A stretch of 64,000 nucleotides of DNA from an uncultured Actinomycetes bacterium (GCA_964499205.1 CAZCJX010000006.1:2533-66532), one strand, 5' to 3'. Shown: positions 52,796 to 64,000, counted from the first letter of the stretch. Program-made: numbers and translations. Notes: a model not told the origin generated them from the sequence alone.

Positions 52796-54286
52796 TCAGT
52801 CGCGAGGCCGGGTGGCGGCGATGCGGTGGACGAGAGGGCGGGTTGCGTCGTACAGCTCGTGGAACATCGCGTACTGCTCGTCGTACAGCGGCTTGATCCG
52901 CGGGTCGGGCGACACCACGTGGTGGATGCGCGGCCAGGCGAAGGGATCGGCGGCGGTGCCGGCCGCACACGCAGCGAGCATCGCGTCTCCGTAGCTGGCT
53001 CCGACGGTTACCTCGGGGACGTCCTGCTCCACACCGGTCACATCCGACATCACCTGGAGCCACGTGTCCGTGGTCGTGCCGCCGCCGACCGCGACGACGC
53101 GCTCGATGGGCGTGCCGGCGCGTGCGTATGCCTCGAACATGTGCCGCGCCGCGAAGCCGGTTGCTTCCAGCGCGCTGAGGAACAGATGGCCACGCGTGTG
53201 CGCCAGGGTCAGCCCGCAGAAGATCCCGCGCGCGTCCGGGTCGTGGTCGGGCCGGCGCTCGCCGGCGAAGTAGGGCAGCGTCAGCAGCCCGTCGCTTCCC
53301 CGGGTGAGGGCTGCCGCCTCCGCGAAGAGCGTCTCGAACGAGGTCGAGGTGAGGTCGCGCACCCATGCGGTGAGCCCACCCCCGGAGGCGAGACCCGACG
53401 CCAGGCCCCAGGTGCCGGGCAGGACACCGCTGGTGGCCCAGAGGCCGGGAGCCCGTACTGGGCGCTCGGTCACCTGCACGATGAACAGAGCGGTGCCGTA
53501 CATGAGCATGGTGGCCCCGGGGTCGCGCACGCCGACGCTGAGTGCCTCCGCCCACGCGTCGATGGTGCCGGCGATGACCGGCGTTCCCGCGGGAATCGCG
53601 CACTGCGCCGCCGCCTCCGTCGAGACGCGACCGACGACGTCGCCGGGCCACACCAGCTCCGGCATCTCGATGCGCGGGGCGAGGAGCGCCGTCCACGGTT
53701 CGTGCCAGCGCTGGCGCTCGATGTCGTAGAGCGGATCGCACTGGCTCGCCGAGTGATGGTCGAGGATGTACGCACCGGTGAGCCGGTGAACGAGGAACGA
53801 GCTGGCCATGAAGAAGCGGCGGGTGCGATGCCAGACCTCGGGCTCGTTCTCGCGGAGCCACACCATCTTGGGGCCGACGGCCTGACTCGACAGCTCCGAC
53901 CCGCCGACCGCGACGATGCTCCTCTCGCCGAGCTCGGCGGTCAGCTCGTCGACCTGCCGCGCGGCTCGCGTGTCGACTCCGTACAGGATGGCGGGACGCA
54001 GCGGCTGACCCGATGCGTCGGTGGGCAGGAGGCACGGCCCGATGCCGCTGACACCGACTCCTGCCAGGTCGCCTCTCCAGCCGTGCAGCAATTCGCCCGT
54101 CACCTCGGCGAACTCAGCCCACCAGAGACACTCGGCGTCCTGCTCGAACCAGCCGTGCAGCGGGTTGGAGGTGCGATGGGGGCGCTGCGCACGCGCGACG
54201 ATGGCACCGTCTTCGCTGACCAGCACACCCTTGGTGCTCGACGTGCCCACGTCGACGCCGATGAAGCAGCGCGTCTGTCCGCTCAT
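52796..54286 (-). CDS. FGGY-family carbohydrate kinase (xylulokinase-like)
   Basis: IGVDVGTSSTKG, 'PAILYGVDTR', 'GTIDAWAE', 'LPYFAGERRP', 'AVGGG'. Confidence 0.92.
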   Translation of the reverse strand: MSGQTRCFIGVDVGTSSTKGVLVSEDGAIVARAQRPHRTSNPLHGWFEQDAECLWWAEFAEVTGELLHGWRGDLAGVGVSGIGPCLLPTDASGQPLRPAILYGVDTRAARQVDELTAELGERSIVAVGGSELSSQAVGPKMVWLRENEPEVWHRTRRFFMASSFLVHRLTGAYILDHHSASQCDPLYDIERQRWHEPWTALLAPRIEMPELVWPGDVVGRVSTEAAAQCAIPAGTPVIAGTIDAWAEALSVGVRDPGATMLMYGTALFIVQVTERPVRAPGLWATSGVLPGTWGLASGLASGGGLTAWVRDLTSTSFETLFAEAAALTRGSDGLLTLPYFAGERRPDHDPDARGIFCGLTLAHTRGHLFLSALEATGFAARHMFEAYARAGTPIERVVAVGGGTTTDTWLQVMSDVTGVEQDVPEVTVGASYGDAMLAACAAGTAADPFAWPRIHHVVSPDPRIKPLYDEQYAMFHELYDATRPLVHRIAATRPRD

Positions 54287-54422
54287 CTGCCGGTGCTCGA
54301 TCCTGGAAGCGGGCGGTCCTCGGCGTCGACACGCGGCTGGTCGACCGAGAGAGCAGCAGGCTGGGCCACGAGTCCTTCCTTGGCTGATCCATGGGCCTGC
54401 CGTGGGCCCACGCCGGGCGGCC

Positions 54423-54452
54423 ATTCTGGCGGAGCCCTGACATCGTTGTCAA
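54423..54452 (-). promoter_or_regulatory. Promoter of the FGGY kinase with operator 6 (54438-54451, TGACATCGTTGTCA) over the -35
   Basis: Minus strand TTGACA-ACGATGTC-N10-CAGAAT, same layout as 32502-32531. Confidence 0.75.
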
Positions 54453-54603
54453 GATAGCCGGCCGGAACCAGGCCACTCGAACTGGCCGTCCCGCCCACGA
54501 GGCAGGTGACGCGGTGGGCCCTTTCCTTAATCTATGTCTAAGATATATAGTAAAGGCCCGAACCGACCGACCCAACGAGCCCCACAGGAGCGGCGACGAA
54601 TCC

Positions 54604-55833
54604 ATGACCGGCACCGCGCAGAACCCCACGGCGCAGAACGGCGCCCCCGCCAACCGCTATCGCCTAGTGGATGCCGACAGCCACGTCAACGAGCCACCCG
54701 ACCTGTGGACCTCGCGCGTGCCCAGCCGGTTCCGCGATCGCGTGCCGCACATGGAGCACTTCGAGCAGGGTGACGCGTGGGTGGCGGAGGGCGGTCGCGA
54801 TCCCATCAACTTCGGCATGAACGCCGCGGCGGCGATGGAGCGCAGCAAGCGGTCGCCGTGGGTGCGCTGGGAGGACGTGCCGCCGGGCGGTTACATGCCT
54901 GCCGAGCGGCTGAAGGAGCTCGACGTCGACATGGTCGACGCGGCCGTCTTCTATCCCACGCCTCGGCTGTCGCACCTGATCATCGCCAACCCCGACGCCG
55001 AGCTGCACACGGCGATGGTGCGCGCCTACAACGACTGGCTGATCGAGTACTGCTCGTACGATCCCAGCCGTCTCGGCGCCATCTTCCTGATCCCCAACCG
55101 CGGTGTCGAGGCGGCGGTCGCCGAGATCGAGCGCGTCGGCTCCATGCCGGGCGTGGTGGGGGCACTCGCGGGCGCGTACCCGCACGGCGACCTCGCCATC
55201 GGCGAGGAGGACGACCCGGTGTGGCATGCGGTCGCGGAGCGCAAGCTGCCGCTGCACATCCATGTCGGCCTGGTGAACGAATATCCCAAGGACATCTACG
55301 CGCCGGGACGCATCACCCAGGGGCACGCGCAGGGCGATCTGCGCTTTCTGCAGGCTCCGCTGATCATGGTGCAGTTCCTCAACTCCGGCGTGTTCACCCG
55401 CGTGCCCGATCTGCAGGTGGTGCTCGCCGAGGTCGACGCGGGATGGGTTCCCTACGTCAAGGAGCAGCTCGACAACCGCTTCCGGCGCCGCGCCAGCGGC
55501 CCGCAGGCGCGCCTCACCAAGCTGCCCAGCGAGAACATCGACGAGCACTTCTACTACACCTACATCACCGACCACTACGCGGTGCACAACCGCCACGCGG
55601 TCGGGCTCGAGCGGATGATGTGGTCCAGCGACTTCCCGCACTCGGGCTCCGACTGGCCCAGCTCGTGGCGCTCGATCGACGCCGACTTCGCCGACATCCC
55701 CGCCGCCGAGCGTGACCTCATCCTCGCCGGCAACGCCCTGCGGATCTACCGCTTCGCCGAGGCCAGCCAGCGGGCGGCACAGAACGGCGCGACAGCGCAG
55801 CCGGCTGGAACGCAGGCCGGCGCCACCGCGTAA
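54604..55833 (+). CDS. Amidohydrolase_2 family metal-dependent hydrolase/decarboxylase
   Basis: VDADSHVNEPPDLW, 'YNDWL..YC', 'PLHIH', 'LAEVDAGWVP', 'MMWSSDFPH'. Confidence 0.88.
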   Translation: MTGTAQNPTAQNGAPANRYRLVDADSHVNEPPDLWTSRVPSRFRDRVPHMEHFEQGDAWVAEGGRDPINFGMNAAAAMERSKRSPWVRWEDVPPGGYMPAERLKELDVDMVDAAVFYPTPRLSHLIIANPDAELHTAMVRAYNDWLIEYCSYDPSRLGAIFLIPNRGVEAAVAEIERVGSMPGVVGALAGAYPHGDLAIGEEDDPVWHAVAERKLPLHIHVGLVNEYPKDIYAPGRITQGHAQGDLRFLQAPLIMVQFLNSGVFTRVPDLQVVLAEVDAGWVPYVKEQLDNRFRRRASGPQARLTKLPSENIDEHFYYTYITDHYAVHNRHAVGLERMMWSSDFPHSGSDWPSSWRSIDADFADIPAAERDLILAGNALRIYRFAEASQRAAQNGATAQPAGTQAGATA

Positions 55834-55841
55834 TAAAACCA

Positions 55842-55861
55842 GGCAGGCCGGCCGGCCTACC
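55842..55861 (-). terminator. Possible intrinsic terminator between convergent amidohydrolase and pfkB genes
   Basis: GC hairpin GGTAGGCC-GGCC-GGCCTGCC followed by TGGTTTTATTA on the minus strand. Confidence 0.35.
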
Positions 55862-56819
55862 TCGAAGCGCCTGCGCCGGCGCGAGCTGGTGCGCTCGCGG
55901 CGAAGTGCTCCACGGCGGCGAGGTCGTAGTCGCCGTGGTCCGTGCCCAACCCCTGCGCGACCAGCGCCGCGGTGGCGCACCCAAGGACCGCGGCGTGGCG
56001 AGGCGTGCGGCCGAGGGCGAGGCCGCGCAGGTAGCCGGCACTGAAGGCGTCGCCGCAGCCGGAGGTGTCGACGACCTCCACGGCGAACGCCGGGACGTGC
56101 TCCACCGCATCCGCGCTGACCAGCGCCGCGCCGTCCGCGCCGCACGTCGCCGCGACCGCGCCCACGCCATGGGCGAGCAGCCTGCGGCATCCCTCGACGA
56201 CGTCGTCGCTCGCCGTGAAGCCGAGGACCTGCTCGTCGTTGGGCAGGAGATGGTCGACATGCGGCAGCACCGGGGCGACGAGGTCGAGGATGCCCGGGAA
56301 ATCACCGGGCGCGAGCATGTCGACCGAGGTGGTCACGCCCCGTTCGCGCGCAGCGCGCAGCACGCTCACCACGAACTCCGGGTCGAGCAGCTCGGGTGCG
56401 CCGACGTGGAGGTGGGTCGCGCCATCCAGAGCGGACAACGGGAAATCATCACGAGTGAGCGTCGCGTTGGCGCCGATGACGTGCAGTGCAGGGCGGGAGC
56501 CGTCGGCGCGGATGGGCAGGACGCTGGCGGAGGTCTGCACGCCGTCGCGGCGCTGCATCAGCGAGGTGTCCACGCCATAGCGCTGCAGCAAGGTGAGCAG
56601 CATGTCGCCGAGCGGGTCGTTGCCGATGGCGCCAACGCTGCGCACCTGCGCGCCGAGCTTGGCGAGGATCACCGCGGTGCCGCCGGCTGTTCCCGCCGGG
56701 GCAACGCGAATCTGGTCGAGCAGTGCGCCGCCCTGTCCCTCGGGGATGGCGTCGACGGGACGGGCGAGCACGTCGAGGAGGTGCGCTCCCAGGGTGACGG
56801 CGCGCATCTGGTCGGTCAT
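55857..56819 (-). CDS. PfkB/ribokinase family sugar kinase
   Basis: 'AGTAGGTAVILAKLG', 'GAIGND.LG', 'LPNDEQ', 'VDTSGCGDAFSAG'. Confidence 0.92.
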   Translation of the reverse strand: MTDQMRAVTLGAHLLDVLARPVDAIPEGQGGALLDQIRVAPAGTAGGTAVILAKLGAQVRSVGAIGNDPLGDMLLTLLQRYGVDTSLMQRRDGVQTSASVLPIRADGSRPALHVIGANATLTRDDFPLSALDGATHLHVGAPELLDPEFVVSVLRAARERGVTTSVDMLAPGDFPGILDLVAPVLPHVDHLLPNDEQVLGFTASDDVVEGCRRLLAHGVGAVAATCGADGAALVSADAVEHVPAFAVEVVDTSGCGDAFSAGYLRGLALGRTPRHAAVLGCATAALVAQGLGTDHGDYDLAAVEHFAASAPARAGAGASR

Positions 56820-57484
56820 CGCTCTCCTTCCGTGTCGTCGACCGCGCGCACCGCGCCGTAGCGACGCTCGATGGCGGCGAGGATCACCGCCTGCTGCTGC
56901 TCCTCGCTGAGAATGCGCGGCGTGCCGGTGAGCTGCGCGCGCCAGTACACGCCGCAGGCCCATTCGAGCAGCAGCGTCGCCTCGACGGCGGACTCCAGGT
57001 CGTTCCCGTACGCCACCGCGCCGTGGTTGCCCATCAGCGCGGCGCGGCGTCCGTCGAGGGCGTCGAGCACCGCACGAGCCAGCTCCGGTGTGCCGAAGGT
57101 GTGGTACGGCGCGACGCGGATGGCGCCGCCGAGGGTCAGCATCTGGTAGTGGATGCAGGGCACCTCGTCGACGCTGCACGCCAGCGTGGTCGACATCGGC
57201 GCGTGGGTGTGCACCACCGCCCCCGCGTCGTAGCGACCATAGATGCCGAGATGCAGGTCGACTTCCGACGTCGGCTGCAACCCACCGTGCACCACACGCG
57301 CGCCAACGTCGATCACCGTGACCTGGTCGGGCTCTAGGGTTGCGAGAGTGGCGCCCGTTGGGGTGACGGCGAACAGCCCGTCGCCGCAGCGGACGCTGAG
57401 GTTTCCCGCGGTGCCCGCGACCAGTCCCTCGGCGGCGAGGCGGCGGCTGGCGGCGGCGAGGGCGGCGCGCTCAGCGTCGAACAT
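56816..57484 (-). CDS. Class II aldolase/adducin family (fuculose-1-phosphate-aldolase-like)
   Basis: 'GTAGNLSVR', 'PTSEVDLHLGIY', 'VVHTH' (Zn ligands), 'LMGNHGAV'. Confidence 0.9.
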   Translation of the reverse strand: MFDAERAALAAASRRLAAEGLVAGTAGNLSVRCGDGLFAVTPTGATLATLEPDQVTVIDVGARVVHGGLQPTSEVDLHLGIYGRYDAGAVVHTHAPMSTTLACSVDEVPCIHYQMLTLGGAIRVAPYHTFGTPELARAVLDALDGRRAALMGNHGAVAYGNDLESAVEATLLLEWACGVYWRAQLTGTPRILSEEQQQAVILAAIERRYGAVRAVDDTEGER

Positions 57485-58766
57485 GCTCGCGCCCACACCG
57501 TCGGAGCCGCGCAATCGCCACCAGCAAGACGACAGCCAGAACCAGCCCTGCCGCGGACGCACCAGGCGCCACCGCGGTGTTGGGAAGACGCGCCGCTGGC
57601 GCGGCACCCGCGGCCGCTTGCGCCTGCGACAGTGGCACCACCGACGCGGACCGCTTCGCACCCGCAGCCGGCGGGATGTATTCCGCAAGCCCCGCTTCGC
57701 CGACGTCGACGTCGAGCACCGCCCAGTGCTGCGGGTTGCCGCTGACGTAGCTCTGGTTGGCCACCACGATGTCGCTGCCGAGGAAACGCACGCTCGACGG
57801 GTCGTCGAACGGCACCGCCGAGCCGTTGTCGCCGCTGGCCGGCAGCGAGGGATACCGCATCGTCTCGGTGCCGTCGGGCGCCAGCTCGACGATCTGGTTG
57901 GCCGTCGGACCGACCAGCGCCACGTAGATGTTTCCCGACGCCGCCACCGCGATGCCGTCGGGCGCGTCGGCCGGGCGGCTCTCCCACAGTTGGTGCAGCG
58001 GACCGGGCGCTCCGTCAGCACCGATGGCGATGGAATACAGCTTCCCCGTCGTCGGGTTGCCACCACCCGCGCCAGCCGCTCCCGCCGAGCTGCCCTGGGC
58101 AACCAGCATGGTGTGATGGTCGGCGCTCAGCGCCAGCCCCGCGGTGCCGAACTGCTCGCCGTCGAGACGCGGGTCGGCGAGCCACACCTGCGCCGCACCG
58201 CCGCCCGGTGGCACGCGCCAGATCAGCGCCTGTTGGTAGTCGGTGACGTACAGGCTGCCGTCCTCGCCCCACACGGCGTAGTCGGGTTCGGGCGGCAGAT
58301 CCTGCACGGTGGGGGAGCACCCGCTGCTCTGTCCCGATGCGCATGGAGCGAGGTCGGCGAAGGTTGCGTACTGCGTGAACGAACCGGTGTGCGTGTCGAG
58401 CAGCAGCGCGCTCGGCGGTCCCAGCTCCAGCAGCACCAGGCGGCCGCGCGCATCGCTGGTGGCCACCTGCACGCCGTGAGGACCCGACAGGTTCTCGCCG
58501 GGGACGGTCCACGAGCCGATCGCCGTGCCGTCCTTCGACCACGCGAACACGCGCGAGGGCGCGCTGCTTCCCGTCGGGTTGTCGTAGGTGCCCTCGAACA
58601 TGTCGCCGTGCGGGCTGACGTAGGCCATCGCGGGATAGCCCGGCGCCGGCACCATGGCGAAGACCCGTGTGGTCCAAGCCGCCTGCGCCCGCGACGGCTG
58701 CGGGGCAAGCAGTGGGAACGCGGCCGCCAGCAGCCAGGCACAGCACACCAGTGCTCTCGATCGCAC
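57471..58766 (-). CDS. Secreted SMP-30/gluconolactonase-like beta-propeller with LPNTA sorting-like tail
   Basis: Signal peptide ending AQA|A; 'PDYAVWGEDGSLYVTD', 'PDGIAVAASGNIYVAL', 'DDPSSVRF'; C-term LPNTA + hydrophobic + RLRR. Confidence 0.75.
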   Translation of the reverse strand: MRSRALVCCAWLLAAAFPLLAPQPSRAQAAWTTRVFAMVPAPGYPAMAYVSPHGDMFEGTYDNPTGSSAPSRVFAWSKDGTAIGSWTVPGENLSGPHGVQVATSDARGRLVLLELGPPSALLLDTHTGSFTQYATFADLAPCASGQSSGCSPTVQDLPPEPDYAVWGEDGSLYVTDYQQALIWRVPPGGGAAQVWLADPRLDGEQFGTAGLALSADHHTMLVAQGSSAGAAGAGGGNPTTGKLYSIAIGADGAPGPLHQLWESRPADAPDGIAVAASGNIYVALVGPTANQIVELAPDGTETMRYPSLPASGDNGSAVPFDDPSSVRFLGSDIVVANQSYVSGNPQHWAVLDVDVGEAGLAEYIPPAAGAKRSASVVPLSQAQAAAGAAPAARLPNTAVAPGASAAGLVLAVVLLVAIARLRRCGREHVRR

Positions 58767-58849
58767 GGAGATCCCTTCACGTGGCGCTGCCGAATTATCT
58801 GGTAGGAATCCTGACCAGATGGCGCGGCCGATACCGTACCATCGTGGTC

Positions 58850-59515
58850 GTGGCCGCGACAACATCGCCCGCTCGCACCCGGCGCCGAACCGCCGAGGGC
58901 CGCGTCTACCGCGGCCAGTCGGCCACCGAGCGCCGCGAGGAGCGCCGCCAGCGCCTCATCGAGGCGGGGCTCGACCTCTTCGCCACCCAGGGCTACCTGG
59001 CCACCTCGATCGAGGAGATCTGCGCCGCCGCGGCGATATCCACGCGCAACTTCTACGAGCTGGTCGACGGCCGCGAAGGCCTGCTGGTGCTGCTCCACGA
59101 CATCGCCATGCGCCGCGCCGAGGAGGCGGTGCTCGACGCACTCCGCACAGCGCCGGAGGACGATGCCGCGGCGCGCGTGGGCGCCGCCTTGGCGGCGTTC
59201 GTCGCCGCCATGACCGACGACCCGCGCTGGGCGCGCATCGCCTACGTCGAGGTGGTGGGCATCAGTCCCGTGGTGGAGCGGCGCCGCCACACCTGGATGG
59301 CCACCTTCGCCCGGCTCATCGCCGCGCAGGCCGACGCCATGGCCGATCGCGGCCTGGCGCCGCGACGCGACCACGAGCTGACCGCGGTGGCGCTGGTCGG
59401 CGCCGTCGACCGGCTCATCGTGCACTGGCAGGCCTCGCCGCGACGCCGCGCATCGTCGCGCAGGGTGGTCGAGGAGCTGACCCGCCTGGTCCTCGCCGCG
59501 CTCAGCGCACCGTAG
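58850..59515 (+). CDS. TetR/AcrR family transcriptional regulator
   Basis: 'RRQRLIEAGLDLFATQGYLATSIEEICAAAAISTRNFYE' HTH; start uncertain. Confidence 0.9.
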   Translation: MAATTSPARTRRRTAEGRVYRGQSATERREERRQRLIEAGLDLFATQGYLATSIEEICAAAAISTRNFYELVDGREGLLVLLHDIAMRRAEEAVLDALRTAPEDDAAARVGAALAAFVAAMTDDPRWARIAYVEVVGISPVVERRRHTWMATFARLIAAQADAMADRGLAPRRDHELTAVALVGAVDRLIVHWQASPRRRASSRRVVEELTRLVLAALSAP

Positions 59516-59569
59516 CCCTGCAACGCCCGCTCCGCCATAGGCGTCTCCACAGTGGCGGTCCCTGCGTGA

Positions 59570-61441
<1,872 letters not shown>

Positions 61442-61507
61442 GGCACACGGCGTGGGCTGTCGGCGGCAGAGGGCGCCGGAGGAGTCCACCCGGTGCAGAG
61501 TCGGGGG

Positions 61508-62494
61508 ATGACCGCGGGACGCGCGCGAGCGGCGGCCGCCGTCGCCGCCCTGATGGCCGTGCTCACCGGCTGCTCCGACTCGTCGCCCTCCGAGGCGCAG
61601 CTGCGTGCCAAGGACGCGCAGGTGCCGGCGCTCGACCACGTCGTCGTGGTGGTGCTGGAGAACACCTCGTCCCCCACGGCGCTCGCCGACCCGGCGTTCG
61701 CGCAGCTGGTCAGCGACGGAGTGCTGCTCACCAACTACGACGCGGTGGCGCACAACAGCCTGCCCAACTACCTGGCACTCACCTCCGGCGTGACGCCCAC
61801 GACGCAGACCGAGGCCGACTGTCCCTACTTCAACTGTCAGGTCAGCGCACCCAACCTGGCCCAGCAGCTCGACGGCGCGCACCTGCGCTGGGCCGCCTAC
61901 ATCGGGGGAACGGACGCGCCGTGCCGAACGCCCATTCCCGGCCACCGCGACACCTTCACCAAGGGCTACGTGCTGCACCACGATCCTTTCCCCTACTACC
62001 CCTCGGTCGGCGCCACTTCGGGCGGGGGCAGCCCGTACTGTCATCAGCACCTGCTGCCGTTGGCACGGCTCAACGCCGAGGCCGCCAGCGGCACCCTGCC
62101 GCGCTTCGCCTTCGTCGCCCCCGACTCCTGCAGCGACGGCCACGACCGTCCCTGCAGGGACGGCCGCCGCGGCGGCATCTCCGTGGCGGGTGAGTGGGCG
62201 CGCCACGAGTGGAGCGTGCTGCACAGCTCGGCGTCCTGGACGTCGCGTTCGCTGTTCGTCGTCACCTTCGACGAGGGCGCGGGCGACGACCACTCCGGCT
62301 GCTGCGGCGACCCGGGAGGGGGCGTGGTGGCCACCGTGCTGCTCTCCGCGGCGGCCACGGCGGGCAAGGGCGTCAGCGGGGCGTACGACCACTACTCGCT
62401 GCTGCGCACCGTGGAGGACGCGCTCGGGCTGCCCGATCACCTCGGCCAGGCGGCACAGGTGCAGCCGATCACCGGGGTCTGGAAGACGGGCTGA
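61508..62494 (+). CDS. Phosphoesterase / acid phosphatase family lipoprotein (alkaline-phosphatase superfamily)
   Basis: LTGC lipobox; 'HVVVVVLEN', 'HNSLPNYLALTSG', 'VVTFDEG', 'YDHYSLLRTVEDALGL'. Confidence 0.85.
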   Translation: MTAGRARAAAAVAALMAVLTGCSDSSPSEAQLRAKDAQVPALDHVVVVVLENTSSPTALADPAFAQLVSDGVLLTNYDAVAHNSLPNYLALTSGVTPTTQTEADCPYFNCQVSAPNLAQQLDGAHLRWAAYIGGTDAPCRTPIPGHRDTFTKGYVLHHDPFPYYPSVGATSGGGSPYCHQHLLPLARLNAEAASGTLPRFAFVAPDSCSDGHDRPCRDGRRGGISVAGEWARHEWSVLHSSASWTSRSLFVVTFDEGAGDDHSGCCGDPGGGVVATVLLSAAATAGKGVSGAYDHYSLLRTVEDALGLPDHLGQAAQVQPITGVWKTG

Positions 62495-62613
62495 CCTCGC
62501 GGCCTCCGACGCGCGCGACATTGCCGACAGCGGTACATGGGCTTAAAGTCCCCAATCGGCAGTCACGTTTCATGCCTCTGGCGTGATCACGAGAAACTGA
62601 GGGAAAGGAACCC

Positions 62614-64000
62614 ATGACCAGCCGTCTCTGGCATCGGAGGCGGCTCGCGGCCGCCCTGGCCGCGTCCGCGCTCACCGCGGGCGGCGCCGCCTTCACCGGT
62701 CCCGCGGCCGTGCTCGCCGGTGGCACCCCGGCGTACAACACCGTCAGCGTCGGTCCCTACGGGGGCGAGCCGTCGATCGTCTCCGACCCCTCGGGCCAGC
62801 TCTACGACACCACCCCGAGCGGCGGCACGCTGACCTACACCTCGACCAATCGCGGTCGCACCTGGTCGCCGGTGACCACCGCCGATCCCAACAGCGGCGA
62901 CGACTGCCTGGCCACCGACCAGTCCGGCGCTGTGTATCTCTGCAATCTGGCAGGAAGTCAGGGCGTGGCCCCGCTGCAGGCCGACGTGTGGAAGTCGCTC
63001 GACCATGGCATGACGTGGTCGCACGGCGCCGGCGCGATCCCGCAGTGCGGCACCAGCTGCTCGCCGTTCGGTGTCGACCGCGACTGGGTTGCCGCGTCGA
63101 TCCTGCCGCCCGCCACCTCGACGTCGCAGGCCGAGGTGGTGCTGATGTACCACGACTTCTACGGGCCCAGCCAGATCTGGGTCAACATCTCGCACGACGG
63201 CGGTGCCAGCTTCGGTCCACCGCAGGAGGTGCTCGCCAGTCCGGCTGTGACGCCGGGCGCGGTGAGCGGCACCCTGGTGGCGCAGGGATACACGTTCTGC
63301 AACACCGTGCCCGCCGGCGTCGGCATCGTCGGCCCCGGCCTGCCGCACGCCGGGCGCATCTACGTCGCCTGGATCGCCGCCGACCTGGCCCAGAACGCCA
63401 CCGGTTGCAACATCAGCATGCTGCAGTCGTTCCACACGCTGTGGGTGTCGTACTCCGACGACAAAGGCGCCACTTGGACGCCGCAGCAGGCGTTCGACGC
63501 CGGCGTCGGGCACGACGCCTCGACGCCTTTCGTCGGCTTCACCCTCGACAACAAGGGCAATCCCTACTTCGGTTTCGCCAACAACCTCAACGCCAATCCG
63601 GCGACCTGCTCCACCGAGTCGACCGCGGGCACGGTGCAGCACGACTACTCGTGCGAGTACGACATGTACGTGGTCTGGTCGCAGGATGGCGGTGCCACCT
63701 GGGACGGCGGTGGCGGGCTCATCCCCGGCAGCGCGCGCACGCCGTACCGCGTCAACCCGCCGGCGGAGACGGGGACCCATTTCTATCCCGCCATCGCCGC
63801 CGGCGATCCGGGCAAGGTCGACGTCGCCTACCTGCGCACCACTGAGATCGTCCCCACCGACGCCTTCGGCAAGACCGATCCCGGCGGCTGCGCCGGCCCG
63901 GGCCCTGCCAACGGCAACCCGACGACGTACCCGCCGACCTGCAGCTGGAACCTCTACGCGGCGCAGTCGCTGAATCTCACCGCCGGCCCGTCGCGGGCGA
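62614..64000 (+). CDS. Secreted BNR/Asp-box repeat (sialidase-like propeller) protein, 3' end beyond window
   Basis: Manual translation from ATG 62614 (AAGGAA SD): signal peptide, then Asp-boxes STNRGRTW, SLDHGMTW, SHDGGASF, SDDKGATW, SQDGGATW. Confidence 0.75.
   Translation, partial: MTSRLWHRRRLAAALAASALTAGGAAFTGPAAVLAGGTPAYNTVSVGPYGGEPSIVSDPSGQLYDTTPSGGTLTYTSTNRGRTWSPVTTADPNSGDDCLATDQSGAVYLCNLAGSQGVAPLQADVWKSLDHGMTWSHGAGAIPQCGTSCSPFGVDRDWVAASILPPATSTSQAEVVLMYHDFYGPSQIWVNISHDGGASFGPPQEVLASPAVTPGAVSGTLVAQGYTFCNTVPAGVGIVGPGLPHAGRIYVAWIAADLAQNATGCNISMLQSFHTLWVSYSDDKGATWTPQQAFDAGVGHDASTPFVGFTLDNKGNPYFGFANNLNANPATCSTESTAGTVQHDYSCEYDMYVVWSQDGGATWDGGGGLIPGSARTPYRVNPPAETGTHFYPAIAAGDPGKVDVAYLRTTEIVPTDAFGKTDPGGCAGPGPANGNPTTYPPTCSWNLYAAQSLNLTAGPSRA

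Overview
High-GC, apparently monoderm bacterial DNA (lipoboxes, Tat signals, LPxTG-like tails; lineage not determinable from sequence alone, actinobacterial/Dormibacterota-like by inference). Four blocks. (1) 1-4.1 kb: tal (partial), tkt, two small genes and tRNA-Arg(ACG). (2) 4.3-16.5 kb, directly after the tRNA 3' end, all on the minus strand: an uncharacterised surface-fibre-like locus. It holds six phage tail-collar (microcystin-dependent-protein-like) genes arranged as a triplet duplicated as a unit, a GNAT, two DUF6916-like genes (one with a Tat signal), a 2040-aa CSLREA/beta-helix/14x Ig-repeat protein and a disrupted triple-repeat gene. (3) 17-54.4 kb: a carbohydrate region marked by six copies of the palindrome TGACAACGTTGTCA at or near promoters, probably the operator of the LacI gene at 24.1 kb. 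This putative regulon links GH38 alpha- and GH2 beta-mannosidases, manA, an SGNH esterase, GH3, two PhyH dioxygenases and an FGGY kinase to an ~18 kb operon. That operon encodes a fused LivHM permease, an MFS-(ABC ATPase)x2 fusion, MoxR, DUF58, a transglutaminase-like protein lacking its catalytic triad and several lipoproteins. (4) 54.6-64 kb: amidohydrolase, PfkB kinase, class II aldolase, a beta-propeller and a Tat flavin amine oxidase both with sortase-like tails, TetR, a phosphoesterase and a partial BNR-repeat protein. No integrase, transposase, rRNA or CRISPR array was seen. All family calls rest on motif recognition by eye, not database searches.
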